This document shows, piece by piece, positions 18,120 through 28,147 of a DNA stretch of 64,000 nucleotides. The notes under the pieces were generated by a model. It was not told where the DNA came from, ran no database searches, and saw only the letters and a list, made by a program, of their open reading frames with translations. How positions within the stretch are numbered: the stretch's first letter is position 1; every line of letters begins with the position of its first letter. The stretch is from Rhabdochlamydiaceae bacterium (GTDB lineage: Bacteria > Chlamydiota > Chlamydiia > Chlamydiales > Rhabdochlamydiaceae): positions 12,494 to 76,493 of the forward strand of contig JAGOLG010000001.1 of the NCBI GenBank assembly GCA_017994195.1, read 5' to 3'. A program made the position numbers and the translations under genes.

Positions 18120-20513
18120 ATGACAACACCGATGATGGTTCAGTGGCACGCGTGCAAGGCGCAGGCAAAAGGAGCTCTATTACTTTTCCGCTTAGGCGAT
18201 TTTTACGAAGCGTTTGAAGACGATGCCGTCGTGCTTTCTAAAGAACTCGACATTGTGCTCACCAAACGGCAAGAAACGCCCATGGCAGGAATTCCTGCTC
18301 ATTCTGCAGACGCTTATTTAGATCGCCTTGTCAGCAAAGGCTATCGTGTCGCTGTCGCAGAACAAATGGAAGATCCAAGTCAAGTTAAAGGGCAAGTCAA
18401 AGGAATCGTCAAGCGGGAAGTTGTCCGTCTATTAACTCCGGGCTCTGTCATTCAGTCGGCGCTTCTTCAAGATAAAGTCTCTAATTTTATGGCAGCAGTC
18501 GTCCAGGTTAATTCAATCTTTGGGCTCGCTGTACTTGATGTCACAACAGCCGACTTTCGGGTGATGGAATTTACTGACGGATCACAGCTGATCGATGAGC
18601 TTGCAAGGCTGAATCCACAAGAGGTCATCATTAGTGAAAAAGCATCGAAAAAACTCTCTCTAGAGGCTCTTTCAATTGCTGCCCTTCAGGTCAAGGAAGA
18701 GTGGGAGTTTGACCATCAAAGCAGTCTAGAAAAACTGATTCGGCATTTTGGAGTCCACTCTCTTGATGGTTTTGGACTAAAAGGCATGACTGCCTGCATC
18801 AACGCAGCAGGTGGGCTCCTTTCATATGCAACAGAAGATTTGAATTTAAAACTCCCTCATTTGAAAAAAATTTCTCCATTTCAGACCCATCAGTTCTTAT
18901 GGCTGGATAGGACAACGCAAAAACATTTAGAGCTCGTAGAGCCCCTGCATGAAAAAGGGCTGACGCTTCTCTCTGTTCTAGATACAACGGTAACTCCTAT
19001 GGGAGGACGGCTGCTGAAAGAATGGCTCGTCCATCCCCTCTTATCGGTAAAAGAAATCGAAAGCAGGCAGACGGAAGTGCAGCACTATTTTGAAGATGAC
19101 AAAAAGAGAGTAGCGCTTAGAGAAGCTTTAAAAAATGTACGCGATCTTGAGCGCCTGATCATGCGAATAGAAACAGGATATACATCTCCGCGCGACTTGG
19201 TCGGGCTAAGATATTCTTTAGAACCTATTCCTCTCATTTTTCCAGAGGAAGATCTGTCTTCTATCCATGAGCTTATTAAAAAAGCTGTTGTTGATCATCC
19301 TCCTTTAAAACTCAGCGAGGGGGGCATTTTTAAAGAAGGGTATGACCAGGAGCTCGATGAAATCAAAAAGCTCAAAACGGATAGCCAAACCTGGCTGGCC
19401 TCCTATCAGGCGCAGCTCAGAGAAACCCTCCAAATCAAAACTCTCAAAGTCGGCTACACACAAGCGTTTGGATATTACATTGATGTCAGCCGTGGACAAT
19501 CCGACAAGATGCCTCTTAATTTTCAACGCAGGCAGACTCTTGTTAATGCAGAACGGTTCATCTCGCCGGAGTTGAAAGAATTCGAACACAAAATCTATTC
19601 TGCCGAAGAAAAAATCGGCTTTTTGGAAACTAAACTTTTTCAAGAGCTTCGAGCTGAAATCACCAAATCAGCAGAACATATCCGCCGTGTTGCAAAAAAA
19701 TTAGCACATCTCGACGTCATTTTAAGTTTTGCAGATAGCGCACGAAAACAAAACTACATCCGTCCCCTTGTCACTGAAAAGGACCGCATCGAAATCCTCG
19801 CCGGAAGGCATCCCGTGATTGAAGCATCGATTGAAAAACAGACTTTTGTTCCAAATGACATTGTAATGGATGGAGATAAAGAGCAGCTTCTTGTGATTAC
19901 AGGGCCGAACATGGCAGGAAAATCGACGTTCATCCGGCAAGCGGCACTCCTTGTGTTAATGGCTCAGATGGGCTGCTTTATTCCTGCAAAAAAAGCAGAG
20001 ATCGGCGTTGTCGATAAAATCTTCACACGCATAGGCGCAAGTGACGATCTTAGCCGAGGGCAATCGACTTTCATGGTTGAGATGAGTGAAACCGCAAACA
20101 TTCTCCATAATGCAACTTCTAAATCGCTTGTCATTTTAGATGAGATCGGACGCGGTACCAGCACGTATGATGGCATCGCAATCGCCTGGTCAGTGGCTGA
20201 TTTCTTTCTGACAACCAGCGGGAAAAGAGCCAAAACTCTTTTTGCAACCCACTACTTTGAGCTCACAGAACTCGAAAAAGAGATGGAAGGGGCCGTCAAC
20301 TATAACGTGGCTGTTGAAGAGTCCGAAAAAGGAATTGTCTTTTTGCATCGTATCGTCCGCGGCGGCGCTGATAAAAGTTACGGTATCCATGTTGCAAAGC
20401 TCGCCGGCCTTCCCTCTTCTGTTTTAAAAAAAGCACATGAGATGCTGACAAAACTTCACCATAATGCTCCAGACATTAACATGCAGAAGGAGAGCCAGCT
20501 TGAGCTCTTTTGA
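18120..20513 (+). CDS. mutS: DNA mismatch repair protein MutS
   Basis: TPMMVQWHACKA...LLLFRLGDFYEAFEDDA, TGPNMAGKSTFIRQ, STFMVEMSE, DEIGRGTSTYDG. Confidence 0.95.
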   Translation: MTTPMMVQWHACKAQAKGALLLFRLGDFYEAFEDDAVVLSKELDIVLTKRQETPMAGIPAHSADAYLDRLVSKGYRVAVAEQMEDPSQVKGQVKGIVKREVVRLLTPGSVIQSALLQDKVSNFMAAVVQVNSIFGLAVLDVTTADFRVMEFTDGSQLIDELARLNPQEVIISEKASKKLSLEALSIAALQVKEEWEFDHQSSLEKLIRHFGVHSLDGFGLKGMTACINAAGGLLSYATEDLNLKLPHLKKISPFQTHQFLWLDRTTQKHLELVEPLHEKGLTLLSVLDTTVTPMGGRLLKEWLVHPLLSVKEIESRQTEVQHYFEDDKKRVALREALKNVRDLERLIMRIETGYTSPRDLVGLRYSLEPIPLIFPEEDLSSIHELIKKAVVDHPPLKLSEGGIFKEGYDQELDEIKKLKTDSQTWLASYQAQLRETLQIKTLKVGYTQAFGYYIDVSRGQSDKMPLNFQRRQTLVNAERFISPELKEFEHKIYSAEEKIGFLETKLFQELRAEITKSAEHIRRVAKKLAHLDVILSFADSARKQNYIRPLVTEKDRIEILAGRHPVIEASIEKQTFVPNDIVMDGDKEQLLVITGPNMAGKSTFIRQAALLVLMAQMGCFIPAKKAEIGVVDKIFTRIGASDDLSRGQSTFMVEMSETANILHNATSKSLVILDEIGRGTSTYDGIAIAWSVADFFLTTSGKRAKTLFATHYFELTELEKEMEGAVNYNVAVEESEKGIVFLHRIVRGGADKSYGIHVAKLAGLPSSVLKKAHEMLTKLHHNAPDINMQKESQLELF

Positions 20514-22317
20514 TCCCAAAGTTTTAGATAAATATTCCACGGATCCGGGCGTCTATCTCATGAAAAGCTCAGGGGGCAATGTGCTCTATGTTGGCAAAGC
20601 AAAAAATTTAAAAACACGCATTAAACAATACTTTGCTCCTGGCCGTGACGGCCGGCCGATGGTTCCGTTTTTAATTGCCGAGGTTGCCTCGATTGACATT
20701 ATTGTGGTCCCTTCTGAAAAAGAGGCGCTTCTTCTAGAAAATACCCTGATAAAAAAACACCAGCCCAAATTTAATGCGCTTCTCAAAGACGATAAAACCT
20801 TTGTGAGCCTCATGATCAACCACAAACATCCGTGGCCGAGGGTAGAGCTTGTCCGCTACAAAGGAAAGCCTAAAAAAGACGGCCTCTATTTTGGTCCTTT
20901 TACGAGCGCTTTTGCAGCAAGGCAAACCTTTGACTTGATGGGCCGACTTTTTCCTCTTCGCCAGTGCTCTGATCAAGAGCTTAAAAAACGGACAAGGCCC
21001 TGCCTTCTTTATGGCATCAAACGGTGCGTGGCTCCCTGCGTTAATCTATGTACCAAAGAAGAGTACCAATCCATTGTGGATCATGCGACTCACTTTTTGA
21101 AGGGAGAAGACGAAGCGGTGATCCAGCAGCTTAAAAAAGAGATGCACGCTGCCTCTGAAGCGCTTGAATATGAAAAAGCAGCTGCCCTTTTGCAGATGAT
21201 TAAACAAATAGAACATGTCACCGCCGGCAGCGGACTTGTCGCCAAAGCCATCGGAAAAGATACCGACGCACTCGGCCTCTATAGACAAGGACACGATGTC
21301 ATGGTCGCCCAGCTTTTCTTCCGGGAAGGAAAACTCGTCGGCTCGGAACATTACTCATTTACAGATGTTGTGGAAAGCAATGAAGAGCTCCTTTCATCGT
21401 TTCTTGTTCAATACTACAAAGACAGGACCCCGGTGCCCATTCAAATCATCGTTCCTCTTGATCTTCCCCGCGAGCTAGAAGAAATCCTCCAGATTAAAAT
21501 CACGACTCCCCAAAAAGGCGAGAAGAAAGAAATCGTTGAAATGGCAGAAAAAAATGCCCTTGTCCTCTTCAAACAAGAAAAAGATGATCGCGATCTCACA
21601 GAAAAAATGCTTCTTGATCTTCAAGAAACGCTGCATCTAACCCGCTATCCCGAGAGAATCGAATGTTTTGATACGTCGAATATCTCAGGATCGGATCTCG
21701 TCGCTTCCATGGTTGTTTTCATGGAAGGAAAGTACGATAAAAAAGAGTCACGCCTTTATAAAATTAAAAACGTGACTAAGGGTGATGACTATGGCGCTTT
21801 GCAAGAAGTTCTCTCTCGCCGTCTGACAAGAGCAAAACAAGAAAACACGCTTCCCGATTTGATTATCGTCGATGGAGGAAAAGGACAGCTTGGCATCGGC
21901 AGAGATGTTCTTAAAAGCCTAGATATTGCCACCGTCGATCTCATTTCTCTTGCCAAACAGGCAGGAAAGCATGACAAGGGCCTTACTCAGGAAAAAGTTT
22001 TTGTGCTCGAACAAAGCGAGCCGATTATTTTGCCGCTTCACTCTCCACTTCTCTTCCTTTTACAACGGATCCGTGATGAGACTCACCGGCGCGCCATTGG
22101 ATTTCATCGAAAAAGGCGTGAAAAACGGCTTATTTCTTCTTTAATTGATGAGATCCCTGGAATCGGCGATGTAAAGAAAAAACGGCTTCTAAAACATTTT
22201 GGCAGCCTCCAAAGAATCTTAGCCGCATCCCCTGCCGATCTCTTAGCCGTCAAAGGCATCACTTCAAAAGACGTCGAGCAAATCAAAAAACTAGTGTCTA
22301 ATCCAAAAACGTCATAA
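20464..22317 (+). CDS. uvrC: Excinuclease ABC subunit C
   Basis: GIY-YIG segment GVYLMKSSGGNVLYVGKAKNLKTRIKQYF, a UVR domain, and a C-terminal HhH. The likelier start is TTG 20500, which is preceded by AAGGAG (20487-20492). Confidence 0.93.
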   Translation: MLQTLTCRRRASLSSFDPKVLDKYSTDPGVYLMKSSGGNVLYVGKAKNLKTRIKQYFAPGRDGRPMVPFLIAEVASIDIIVVPSEKEALLLENTLIKKHQPKFNALLKDDKTFVSLMINHKHPWPRVELVRYKGKPKKDGLYFGPFTSAFAARQTFDLMGRLFPLRQCSDQELKKRTRPCLLYGIKRCVAPCVNLCTKEEYQSIVDHATHFLKGEDEAVIQQLKKEMHAASEALEYEKAAALLQMIKQIEHVTAGSGLVAKAIGKDTDALGLYRQGHDVMVAQLFFREGKLVGSEHYSFTDVVESNEELLSSFLVQYYKDRTPVPIQIIVPLDLPRELEEILQIKITTPQKGEKKEIVEMAEKNALVLFKQEKDDRDLTEKMLLDLQETLHLTRYPERIECFDTSNISGSDLVASMVVFMEGKYDKKESRLYKIKNVTKGDDYGALQEVLSRRLTRAKQENTLPDLIIVDGGKGQLGIGRDVLKSLDIATVDLISLAKQAGKHDKGLTQEKVFVLEQSEPIILPLHSPLLFLLQRIRDETHRRAIGFHRKRREKRLISSLIDEIPGIGDVKKKRLLKHFGSLQRILAASPADLLAVKGITSKDVEQIKKLVSNPKTS

Positions 22318-22792
22318 GGAATTTTTTGTCATAGCCGACAGTGCGGCTGAGAAGCTGGCTAATTTCAGTTTCCATTTCGGAGAGATGTTTTTCGAGATCT
22401 TCAGGAGGAAGCTTGAGGTTCTCAGTAATCAGCTCCATTGAAGAGCCTAGTACAACATGGGTTGTCATTTGATGGCCTGGGAATCGCTTTTGCAGATAGG
22501 TTTGCACAAGTGCTCTAATGACTTCTCTATCGATAGAAGCGGGCGGGTTCATGGAGACTTGGAGGACTTGATGCCTTTGGAGAAAATAAAAACCGAGGCC
22601 TAAAATAAGTCCTACCGAGCAAAAAATAATGCCTAAGCACATAAAAAGAGCGTCTTTAAAAAGAATGGCATCTGCAATATTTACGCGGAGATTGGGTGCA
22701 AAAGGGAGCGCGCAGCAAAAAATGCCTCCTAAGATCAATAGAAGAACTTGAAAAAACTGCACAACTGAAAAAAGATGGTGCGTCCATTTCAT
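22298..22792 (-). CDS. Membrane protein, possibly an AmaP-like anchor for the adjacent Asp23-family protein
   Basis: Two N-terminal TM segments followed by a soluble domain. It lies immediately downstream (3-nt gap) of an Asp23-like gene. Confidence 0.45.
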   Translation of the reverse strand: MKWTHHLFSVVQFFQVLLLILGGIFCCALPFAPNLRVNIADAILFKDALFMCLGIIFCSVGLILGLGFYFLQRHQVLQVSMNPPASIDREVIRALVQTYLQKRFPGHQMTTHVVLGSSMELITENLKLPPEDLEKHLSEMETEISQLLSRTVGYDKKFLMTFLD

Positions 22793-22794
22793 AT

Positions 22795-23226
22795 TTAAAA
22801 GGTATCCGAGTATTGAGGCGCGCTTTGCTCTAAAGCGGCCGGCGTCTCTGTAATCAAACTCTTGAAGACAACATGCACAATGCTGACATGAAGGCCTGTG
22901 AGTTCACTGAGCTGCTCGGCTATTTTTTGTTGAATTTCCTCTGCTTTTTGCGGAATGACAATCCCGTAGGCTACACTCACTTCGATTTTTACTTGGATCG
23001 AATGCGTCTTGGGATCTTGTTCAACAGAAATACCTGAAATTCTTTCTGCAGGTTCCCTTCCGAGAAAATAATCGAGAAGATTTCCTTCAACAAGAGCAAT
23101 CCCTTCTATGTTTAGAAGACATTGCACAATGATGGACTGAAACACTTTATTTTCGATATCTCGAACAAAAAGCGTATCAGGAAGTTCGACTTCTTTAGTA
23201 TCAATGCGTTTTAAAGGATTGTCCAT
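22795..23226 (-). CDS. Asp23/Gls24-family envelope stress protein
   Basis: VFQSIIVQCLLNIEGIALVEG...ISGISVEQD...IQVKIEVSVAYGIVIPQKAEEIQQKIAEQLSELTGLHVSIVHVVFKSL fits the Asp23 pattern. Confidence 0.65.
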   Translation of the reverse strand: MDNPLKRIDTKEVELPDTLFVRDIENKVFQSIIVQCLLNIEGIALVEGNLLDYFLGREPAERISGISVEQDPKTHSIQVKIEVSVAYGIVIPQKAEEIQQKIAEQLSELTGLHVSIVHVVFKSLITETPAALEQSAPQYSDTF

Positions 23227-23264
23227 GGGGCCTCACTGCTAATGAAGCCCCATTATAGCAAGCC

Positions 23265-23849
23265 TTACATATCCTGCAAAGTTTGCTTGAGTTCGTTCAT
23301 CTTTTTTTGAGCTTCTTGTTTTTCTTGCTCAAGTTTTTGGATTTTCTGAATCTGTTCTTCTTTTGAATCAATAATCGAAGAATTCACAGTACGATTGACC
23401 TCTCGAAGAACTCGAATTTGTTCTTGTGTTTTCAAACGGCGCTGCTCTTCAGAGATTGCTTGTGAAAGAACATGGATGAGCTGGTGATAGCTGTCGATCA
23501 TCTGCTCTATCTTCTCTCGGCTTTGTTTTGGCGGGAGTTCCAACTTAATCTCGTTTTGAACAGGTACTGTTTCTTCTACAACTGCAGGTTCTTGGACAAC
23601 TTCTTGATCTACCACTTCTTCGATCTCTTTTTCGATCAAGCTTTTTTCTTTGAGTACGACCACACCCACCATTTGAGGAGGTTGCGGCTGAGCTTGATGA
23701 AGGAGATTAAAAAGACTCTTTACGGTCCGGCCGATTGCCATTGTGAGCTCGTCTTCACTCATTTCAATCTGATATTTTTGATTTTTTACAGGTGACAGCA
23801 TCATTGTTTCAAAACCGACTTCCATATCTCTATCAATTGCTTCGACCAT
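23265..23849 (-). CDS. Hypothetical coiled-coil protein (E/Q/K-rich)
   Basis: ORF track only. First gene of the 23849-22298 minus-strand trio. Confidence 0.45.
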   Translation of the reverse strand: MVEAIDRDMEVGFETMMLSPVKNQKYQIEMSEDELTMAIGRTVKSLFNLLHQAQPQPPQMVGVVVLKEKSLIEKEIEEVVDQEVVQEPAVVEETVPVQNEIKLELPPKQSREKIEQMIDSYHQLIHVLSQAISEEQRRLKTQEQIRVLREVNRTVNSSIIDSKEEQIQKIQKLEQEKQEAQKKMNELKQTLQDM

Positions 23850-23913
23850 AAAACTCCCTTTGTTAAGATTTTGTTTAGAATAATTTATACACGGTGAACA
23901 ATTTTTTGAGGAA

Positions 23914-24969
23914 GTGAAAAATGGTGAGCGAAATGTTCCTAGAAGGGATAATCCTTACATGACGCTTCTCCCTAAACACCCAAATGGATGTCCTTTCCTG
24001 CTACTTGCTCCAATGGAGGGGCTTGGGGACAGACCTTTTAGAAAAGCGATGGCCTCTATTGGAGGCTTTGATGAAGCAGTAACGGAGTTTATCCGCGTTC
24101 CAAAAAACGCCCATGTTCCTAGCTTAGCAAGTGTATACAATGCAGATGAGCTTTCTCCTATTCCTCTGGCTGCCCAAATCATGGGATCTGAGCCGGAGCT
24201 TGTGGCAGAAATGGCCCGCGAGCTCGTGAAAAGAGGAGCCAAGCGGATTGATCTTAATTGCGGGTGCCCTTCTAATACAGTCGTCGGAAAAGGAGCGGGC
24301 TCTAGCCTACTCAAAGACCCTTCTATCCTACATGAGGTTGCTAAAACTCTTGTCAAATCCACTAGCGTTCCTGTCACAATTAAAATGCGCTCCGGCTATG
24401 AAGATACGTCTCTTCTTAAAGAAAACTTACTTGCTGCACAAGAAAGCGGGATTCAATTTTTAACGCTCCATCCGCGCACTAAAGTAGATGGATATGGCCC
24501 GCCTGCTAAATGGGAGCTTATTGCGCTTGCTAAATCTATTTTAAAAATACCTGTTGTGGGCAACGGCGATATCTTAACAGCAGATGACGCTCACCGGATG
24601 CTCAAAGAAACGGGTTGTGATGCTCTTATGATTGGACGAGGAAGCGCGATGAACCCTTTTATCTTCCATGAAATCAAAGCCTCTTTCACTAGCACTCCTT
24701 ACGTGCCGAATCAGCCTCTTCTTGAAAATTTTATGCAAGTTTTTGTGAAAGAGCTCTCGCCTGAGAGCCCTGCGAAAAACCGCATTGGAAAATTAAAACA
24801 GCTTCTCAGTTTTCTCTTCCGAAGAAATGATGCTTTATTATCCATTAGGCCATCTATTTTGACCTTTAACTCACTGGATGAATCGGCTTTTTTAGATCAC
24901 GCTAGTGCTCAGCTATCGAAGCTTTTCCTGATGAAAGCGGGTCAAAACCCCGGGGTTGAACGATCATAA
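23914..24969 (+). CDS. tRNA-dihydrouridine synthase
   Basis: LLAPMEGLGDRPFR, IDLNCGCPSNTVVGKGAGSSLLKDP, LTLHPRT, VGNGDI. The probable start is MTLLPKH. Confidence 0.9.
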   Translation: MKNGERNVPRRDNPYMTLLPKHPNGCPFLLLAPMEGLGDRPFRKAMASIGGFDEAVTEFIRVPKNAHVPSLASVYNADELSPIPLAAQIMGSEPELVAEMARELVKRGAKRIDLNCGCPSNTVVGKGAGSSLLKDPSILHEVAKTLVKSTSVPVTIKMRSGYEDTSLLKENLLAAQESGIQFLTLHPRTKVDGYGPPAKWELIALAKSILKIPVVGNGDILTADDAHRMLKETGCDALMIGRGSAMNPFIFHEIKASFTSTPYVPNQPLLENFMQVFVKELSPESPAKNRIGKLKQLLSFLFRRNDALLSIRPSILTFNSLDESAFLDHASAQLSKLFLMKAGQNPGVERS

Positions 24970-25063
24970 AGCTAGCTGTATTCATAAATACTGCGCGCTT
25001 TACGATCATTCAACCGCGGGAGTTTTCACTCCGCTTTCATCGGGAAAAGCTTCGATAGCTGAG
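24908..25063. repeat. Long imperfect inverted repeat: the last ~19 codons of dus (24908-24965) against an inverted degenerate copy (25004-25063)
   Basis: Left arm: ctcagctatcgaagcttttcctgatgaaagcgggtcaaaaccccggggttgaacgatc. Reverse complement of right arm: ctcagctatcgaagcttttcccgatgaaagcggagtgaaaactcccgcggttgaatgatc. The spacer is 38 nt and has its own small hairpin. Confidence 0.85.
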
Positions 25064-25077
25064 GACTGGGAAGAACC

Positions 25078-25383
25078 TTACCAGCTGGCTTTAACAATAC
25101 CAGGGATGAATCCTTGGTTGGCCATCTCACGGAAGCAAAGACGTGACATCTTAAACTTGCGGAGAAATCCTCGTGACCGGCCTGTAAATTGGCAACGATT
25201 GCGAAGACGAGTTGGGGAAGAATTTTTAGGAAGTTTGTTGAGGGAGATCATTGCGGCAAGCCGCTCTTCATCGCTTTTGGTTAGATCTTTAACAATTTCT
25301 TTTAGCTCTTGGCGACGATTCCATTTCAGTTTTACCATTCTTTCTCGTCGTTTTTCTTTTGCAATCGAACCTTTGCGTGCCAT
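25078..25383 (-). CDS. rpsN: 30S ribosomal protein S14
   Basis: [17 protein letters not shown]...[43 protein letters not shown]. Confidence 0.95.
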   Translation of the reverse strand: MARKGSIAKEKRRERMVKLKWNRRQELKEIVKDLTKSDEERLAAMISLNKLPKNSSPTRLRNRCQFTGRSRGFLRKFKMSRLCFREMANQGFIPGIVKASW

Positions 25384-25520
25384 TATTTCTTTCTCCCTGG
25401 ACCTTTTTGACGTTGTTTACGGTTTGGATCAGTTTTATTGATCACATAAATGCGACCTCTTCGGCGTACGATTTTGTCGCCTTTTGAAGGATCAGCTTTA
25501 ATTGATGCTCGAACTTTCAT
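25383..25520 (-). CDS. rpmJ: 50S ribosomal protein L36 (45-aa long form)
   Basis: Own translation: [45 protein letters not shown]. Its TAA overlaps the rpsN ATG (TAATG). Below the track cutoff. Confidence 0.9.
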   Translation of the reverse strand: MKVRASIKADPSKGDKIVRRRGRIYVINKTDPNRKQRQKGPGRKK

Positions 25521-25637
25521 GTTAGACCTTTCTTAAAATTGGTATTATTCTAGGGGCTGGCATATTTTCATAGCAACAACTTTTGCTTGAGGGATTTTAC
25601 TTAAATAGGTTAAGATCTCTACTTTAGAGAAAAAATT

Positions 25638-25772
25638 ATGAAAAGAACCTATCAACCTAGTAAACGTAGACGTCAAAAAAAATGCGGCTTTCGCAAGCGA
25701 ATGAAGACTGCCAAAGGGCGTCAAATCATCAATCGCCGTCGACGCATCGGACGCAAACGCCTCTCTGTCTAA
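25638..25772 (+). CDS. rpmH: 50S ribosomal protein L34
   Basis: Own translation: [44 protein letters not shown]. Below the track cutoff. Confidence 0.92.
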   Translation: MKRTYQPSKRRRQKKCGFRKRMKTAKGRQIINRRRRIGRKRLSV

Positions 25773-26113
25773 GACAAACCTTTCCTAAAAAGGTTCGTCT
25801 TCGCACGCGTCAGGAGTTTCGACGAGTTCAAAGAGAAGGCAAACGCCTTCTAGGCAAATTTTTAATCTTCCAATATTCAAGTGAAAATTTTAATTATACT
25901 CGTCTAGGTATCACTGTTTCTAAGCAATTTGGCCCTGCAGTCTTACGCAACCTCTTTAAACGCCGGATCCGTGAAGTTTTCCGAAAGCTTAAACATCGCT
26001 TACCTATAGGGCTTGTTATTCACGCATCTCCGCGTCCTAGTACAGAACGACCTACTCTCACCCAGGTCGAGGCCGATTTTACTCTTTTATTAGAGAGTGG
26101 TATAACCCAATAA
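25682..26113 (+). CDS. rnpA: Ribonuclease P protein component
   Basis: [32 protein letters not shown] lies downstream of rpmH. The only canonical in-frame start is ATG 25682, inside rpmH, so the start is uncertain. Confidence 0.75.
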   Translation: MRLSQANEDCQRASNHQSPSTHRTQTPLCLRQTFPKKVRLRTRQEFRRVQREGKRLLGKFLIFQYSSENFNYTRLGITVSKQFGPAVLRNLFKRRIREVFRKLKHRLPIGLVIHASPRPSTERPTLTQVEADFTLLLESGITQ

Positions 26114-26114
26114 C

Positions 26115-28040
26115 ATGCTCAACGATCATCAGCGCAAAGCAATTCAAACAACGGAAGGCCATGTTTTAGTGCTCGCAGGAGCCGGCAGCGGAAAAACAAG
26201 CGTTATTACGCACCGAATCGCCTACTTAATTCAAGAAAAACAAGTCAATCCTTCTTCTATTTTAGGGCTCACTTTTACTAATAAGGCCGCTGAAGAAATG
26301 CGCAAACGGGTCGCTTCGATGGTTGACCCCGCCCTTGCAAAACAAGTCCTTTTATCGACCTTTCATAGCTTCTGCATGAGAATTCTTCGAAAAGACATTG
26401 ATAAACTGGGATATACTAAAGATTTTAGCATTTATGACGAAAAAGAGACCCGCCGTCTTTTAAATCAGCTCGTTCGCGAAGAATTAGCCCATGATGGAGA
26501 TCTTCCTTCGCTTGATCCTACGCTGGCCGCGATTTCTCAGGCAAAAAATAAAGCCCAAAGCCCCGATGAGATGCAAGGAGATGCTTTCTCTAAAAACCTC
26601 TATGGCAAGCTTCAGACGACTATGCGGGCTTATAACGCTGTTGATTTTGACAACCTGCTCCTTTTAACACTCAGACTCTTTGAAGAACATCCTGACGTAC
26701 TAGAAAAATACGCAGACCGCTTCCGCTACATCATGATCGACGAATACCAAGATACGAACCTCGTTCAATACCGTTTGGCAAAGCTCCTTAGCAGCAAGCA
26801 TAAGAATCTCTGTGTTGTCGGCGATGATGACCAAGCCATTTACGGCTGGCGCGGGGCCGACATTAAAAACATCCTCCAATTCGAAGCCGATACGGTAGTC
26901 AAACTGGAGCAAAATTACAGATCAACCCCTGTCATTTTACAGGCTGCCAACCATGTCATCCGGCATAACAATGAAAGACATGTTAAAGAACTATGGAGCA
27001 CACAATCCCCCGGGAAACCGATTGAAATCTTCAATGCCCCTTCTGATGAAGAGGAAGCCAAAGCCGTTGTCGATCGAATGCTCTGGTACCACCAAAATGA
27101 AAATATCCCATGGAATGAAATGGCCATTCTCTATCGTTCTAACCTTCTTGCAAGGCCGTTTGAAATGGCGCTCATGCATGCTGCCTGGAATAAAAATGGC
27201 GTTTGGATACGAGGCATTCCCTACCAAATCTATGGAGGCACAGAGTTTGCAGAGAGAAGCGAAGTTAAAGACCTGGCTGCCTATTTAAGGGTGATTACAA
27301 ACCCCCTTGACCAAGAAGCGGTTTTACGCATTATCAATGTTCCGAGGCGCGGGATCTCAGACCAAGCCCTCGATAAGTTGACTCAGAAAAATCGAGGAGA
27401 AAAACTCTCTCTCTGGTCTGTTCTTCAAAATGCCTCCTCCGAAGACGGCCTTTCAGACCGCGCATGCGCAGGCATCAAGCAGTTTTTGGAGATCATCCGA
27501 CAAGGAAAAGAAAAGTTCGCCAAGCCCCCTTTTAATGATGCCTTGAAATGGCTTGTAGAAACCATCAACTATAAAAAAGCCATTCATGAAGAAGTCAAAA
27601 GCGAAAAAGCGCGTGAGTTCAAATGGGAGAACGTCGAAGCGCTCATCCGTTCAGCCGAAAACTATACCGACCTCCAAGAGTTTCTAGGAACACTAGCTCT
27701 TGAAGATAACCCTTTTGCCCGTAGCGGCGCATCTGCTCAAAACAGCCATGCCAATCTCATGACTTTCCATAGTGCAAAAGGGCTTGAATTTACCCTCTGT
27801 TTCTTAGTCGGCCTCGAAGATCAAATCATGCCCCATGAAAAAAGCATCGCCGAAAGAGGTCTCGAAGAAGAAAGGCGGCTCATGTATGTCGCTATGACAA
27901 GGGCAAAAAAACACCTCATTATCTCGATGGCCCGCCACCGCCTCCGGCATGGCAAGCAAGTGGCCATGACCCCGTCCCGCTTCTTATTCGAAATCCCCCA
28001 GGATCTTGTTCAGATCCGGTCGTATAAAGACATTAACTAA
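26115..28040 (+). CDS. uvrD: UvrD/PcrA/Rep-family ATP-dependent DNA helicase
   Basis: LAGAGSGKTSV, TFTNKAAEEM, IMIDEYQDTN, VVGDDDQAIYGWRGA, LEQNYRS, MTFHSAKGLEF, YVAMTRAK. Confidence 0.9.
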   Translation: MLNDHQRKAIQTTEGHVLVLAGAGSGKTSVITHRIAYLIQEKQVNPSSILGLTFTNKAAEEMRKRVASMVDPALAKQVLLSTFHSFCMRILRKDIDKLGYTKDFSIYDEKETRRLLNQLVREELAHDGDLPSLDPTLAAISQAKNKAQSPDEMQGDAFSKNLYGKLQTTMRAYNAVDFDNLLLLTLRLFEEHPDVLEKYADRFRYIMIDEYQDTNLVQYRLAKLLSSKHKNLCVVGDDDQAIYGWRGADIKNILQFEADTVVKLEQNYRSTPVILQAANHVIRHNNERHVKELWSTQSPGKPIEIFNAPSDEEEAKAVVDRMLWYHQNENIPWNEMAILYRSNLLARPFEMALMHAAWNKNGVWIRGIPYQIYGGTEFAERSEVKDLAAYLRVITNPLDQEAVLRIINVPRRGISDQALDKLTQKNRGEKLSLWSVLQNASSEDGLSDRACAGIKQFLEIIRQGKEKFAKPPFNDALKWLVETINYKKAIHEEVKSEKAREFKWENVEALIRSAENYTDLQEFLGTLALEDNPFARSGASAQNSHANLMTFHSAKGLEFTLCFLVGLEDQIMPHEKSIAERGLEEERRLMYVAMTRAKKHLIISMARHRLRHGKQVAMTPSRFLFEIPQDLVQIRSYKDIN

Positions 28041-28107
28041 CTGATAATCAATCAGTTAAAACTTTATATTATATTATCCGCTCATTAATATTAAATTAAT
28101 TTTTATA

Positions 28108-28116
28108 TGTTATAAT
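28108..28116 (+). promoter_or_regulatory. Extended -10 box TGTTATAAT upstream of kinase paralogue 1
   Basis: TGnTATAAT match 31 nt upstream of ATG 28148. It is part of a 14-mer shared with the second paralogue. Confidence 0.4.
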
Positions 28117-28147
28117 TATTATTATAATTTTTTAATGGGTATTAAAC

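Noticed and set aside
18136-18160. TGGCAC motif (sigma54 -24-like).
   Set aside because: It lies inside the mutS coding sequence and has no TTGC at the proper -12 spacing.
24956-25441. 161-aa plus-strand ORF.
   Set aside because: It is antisense to the unambiguous rpsN and rpmJ genes and runs through the inverted-repeat arm, so it is spurious.
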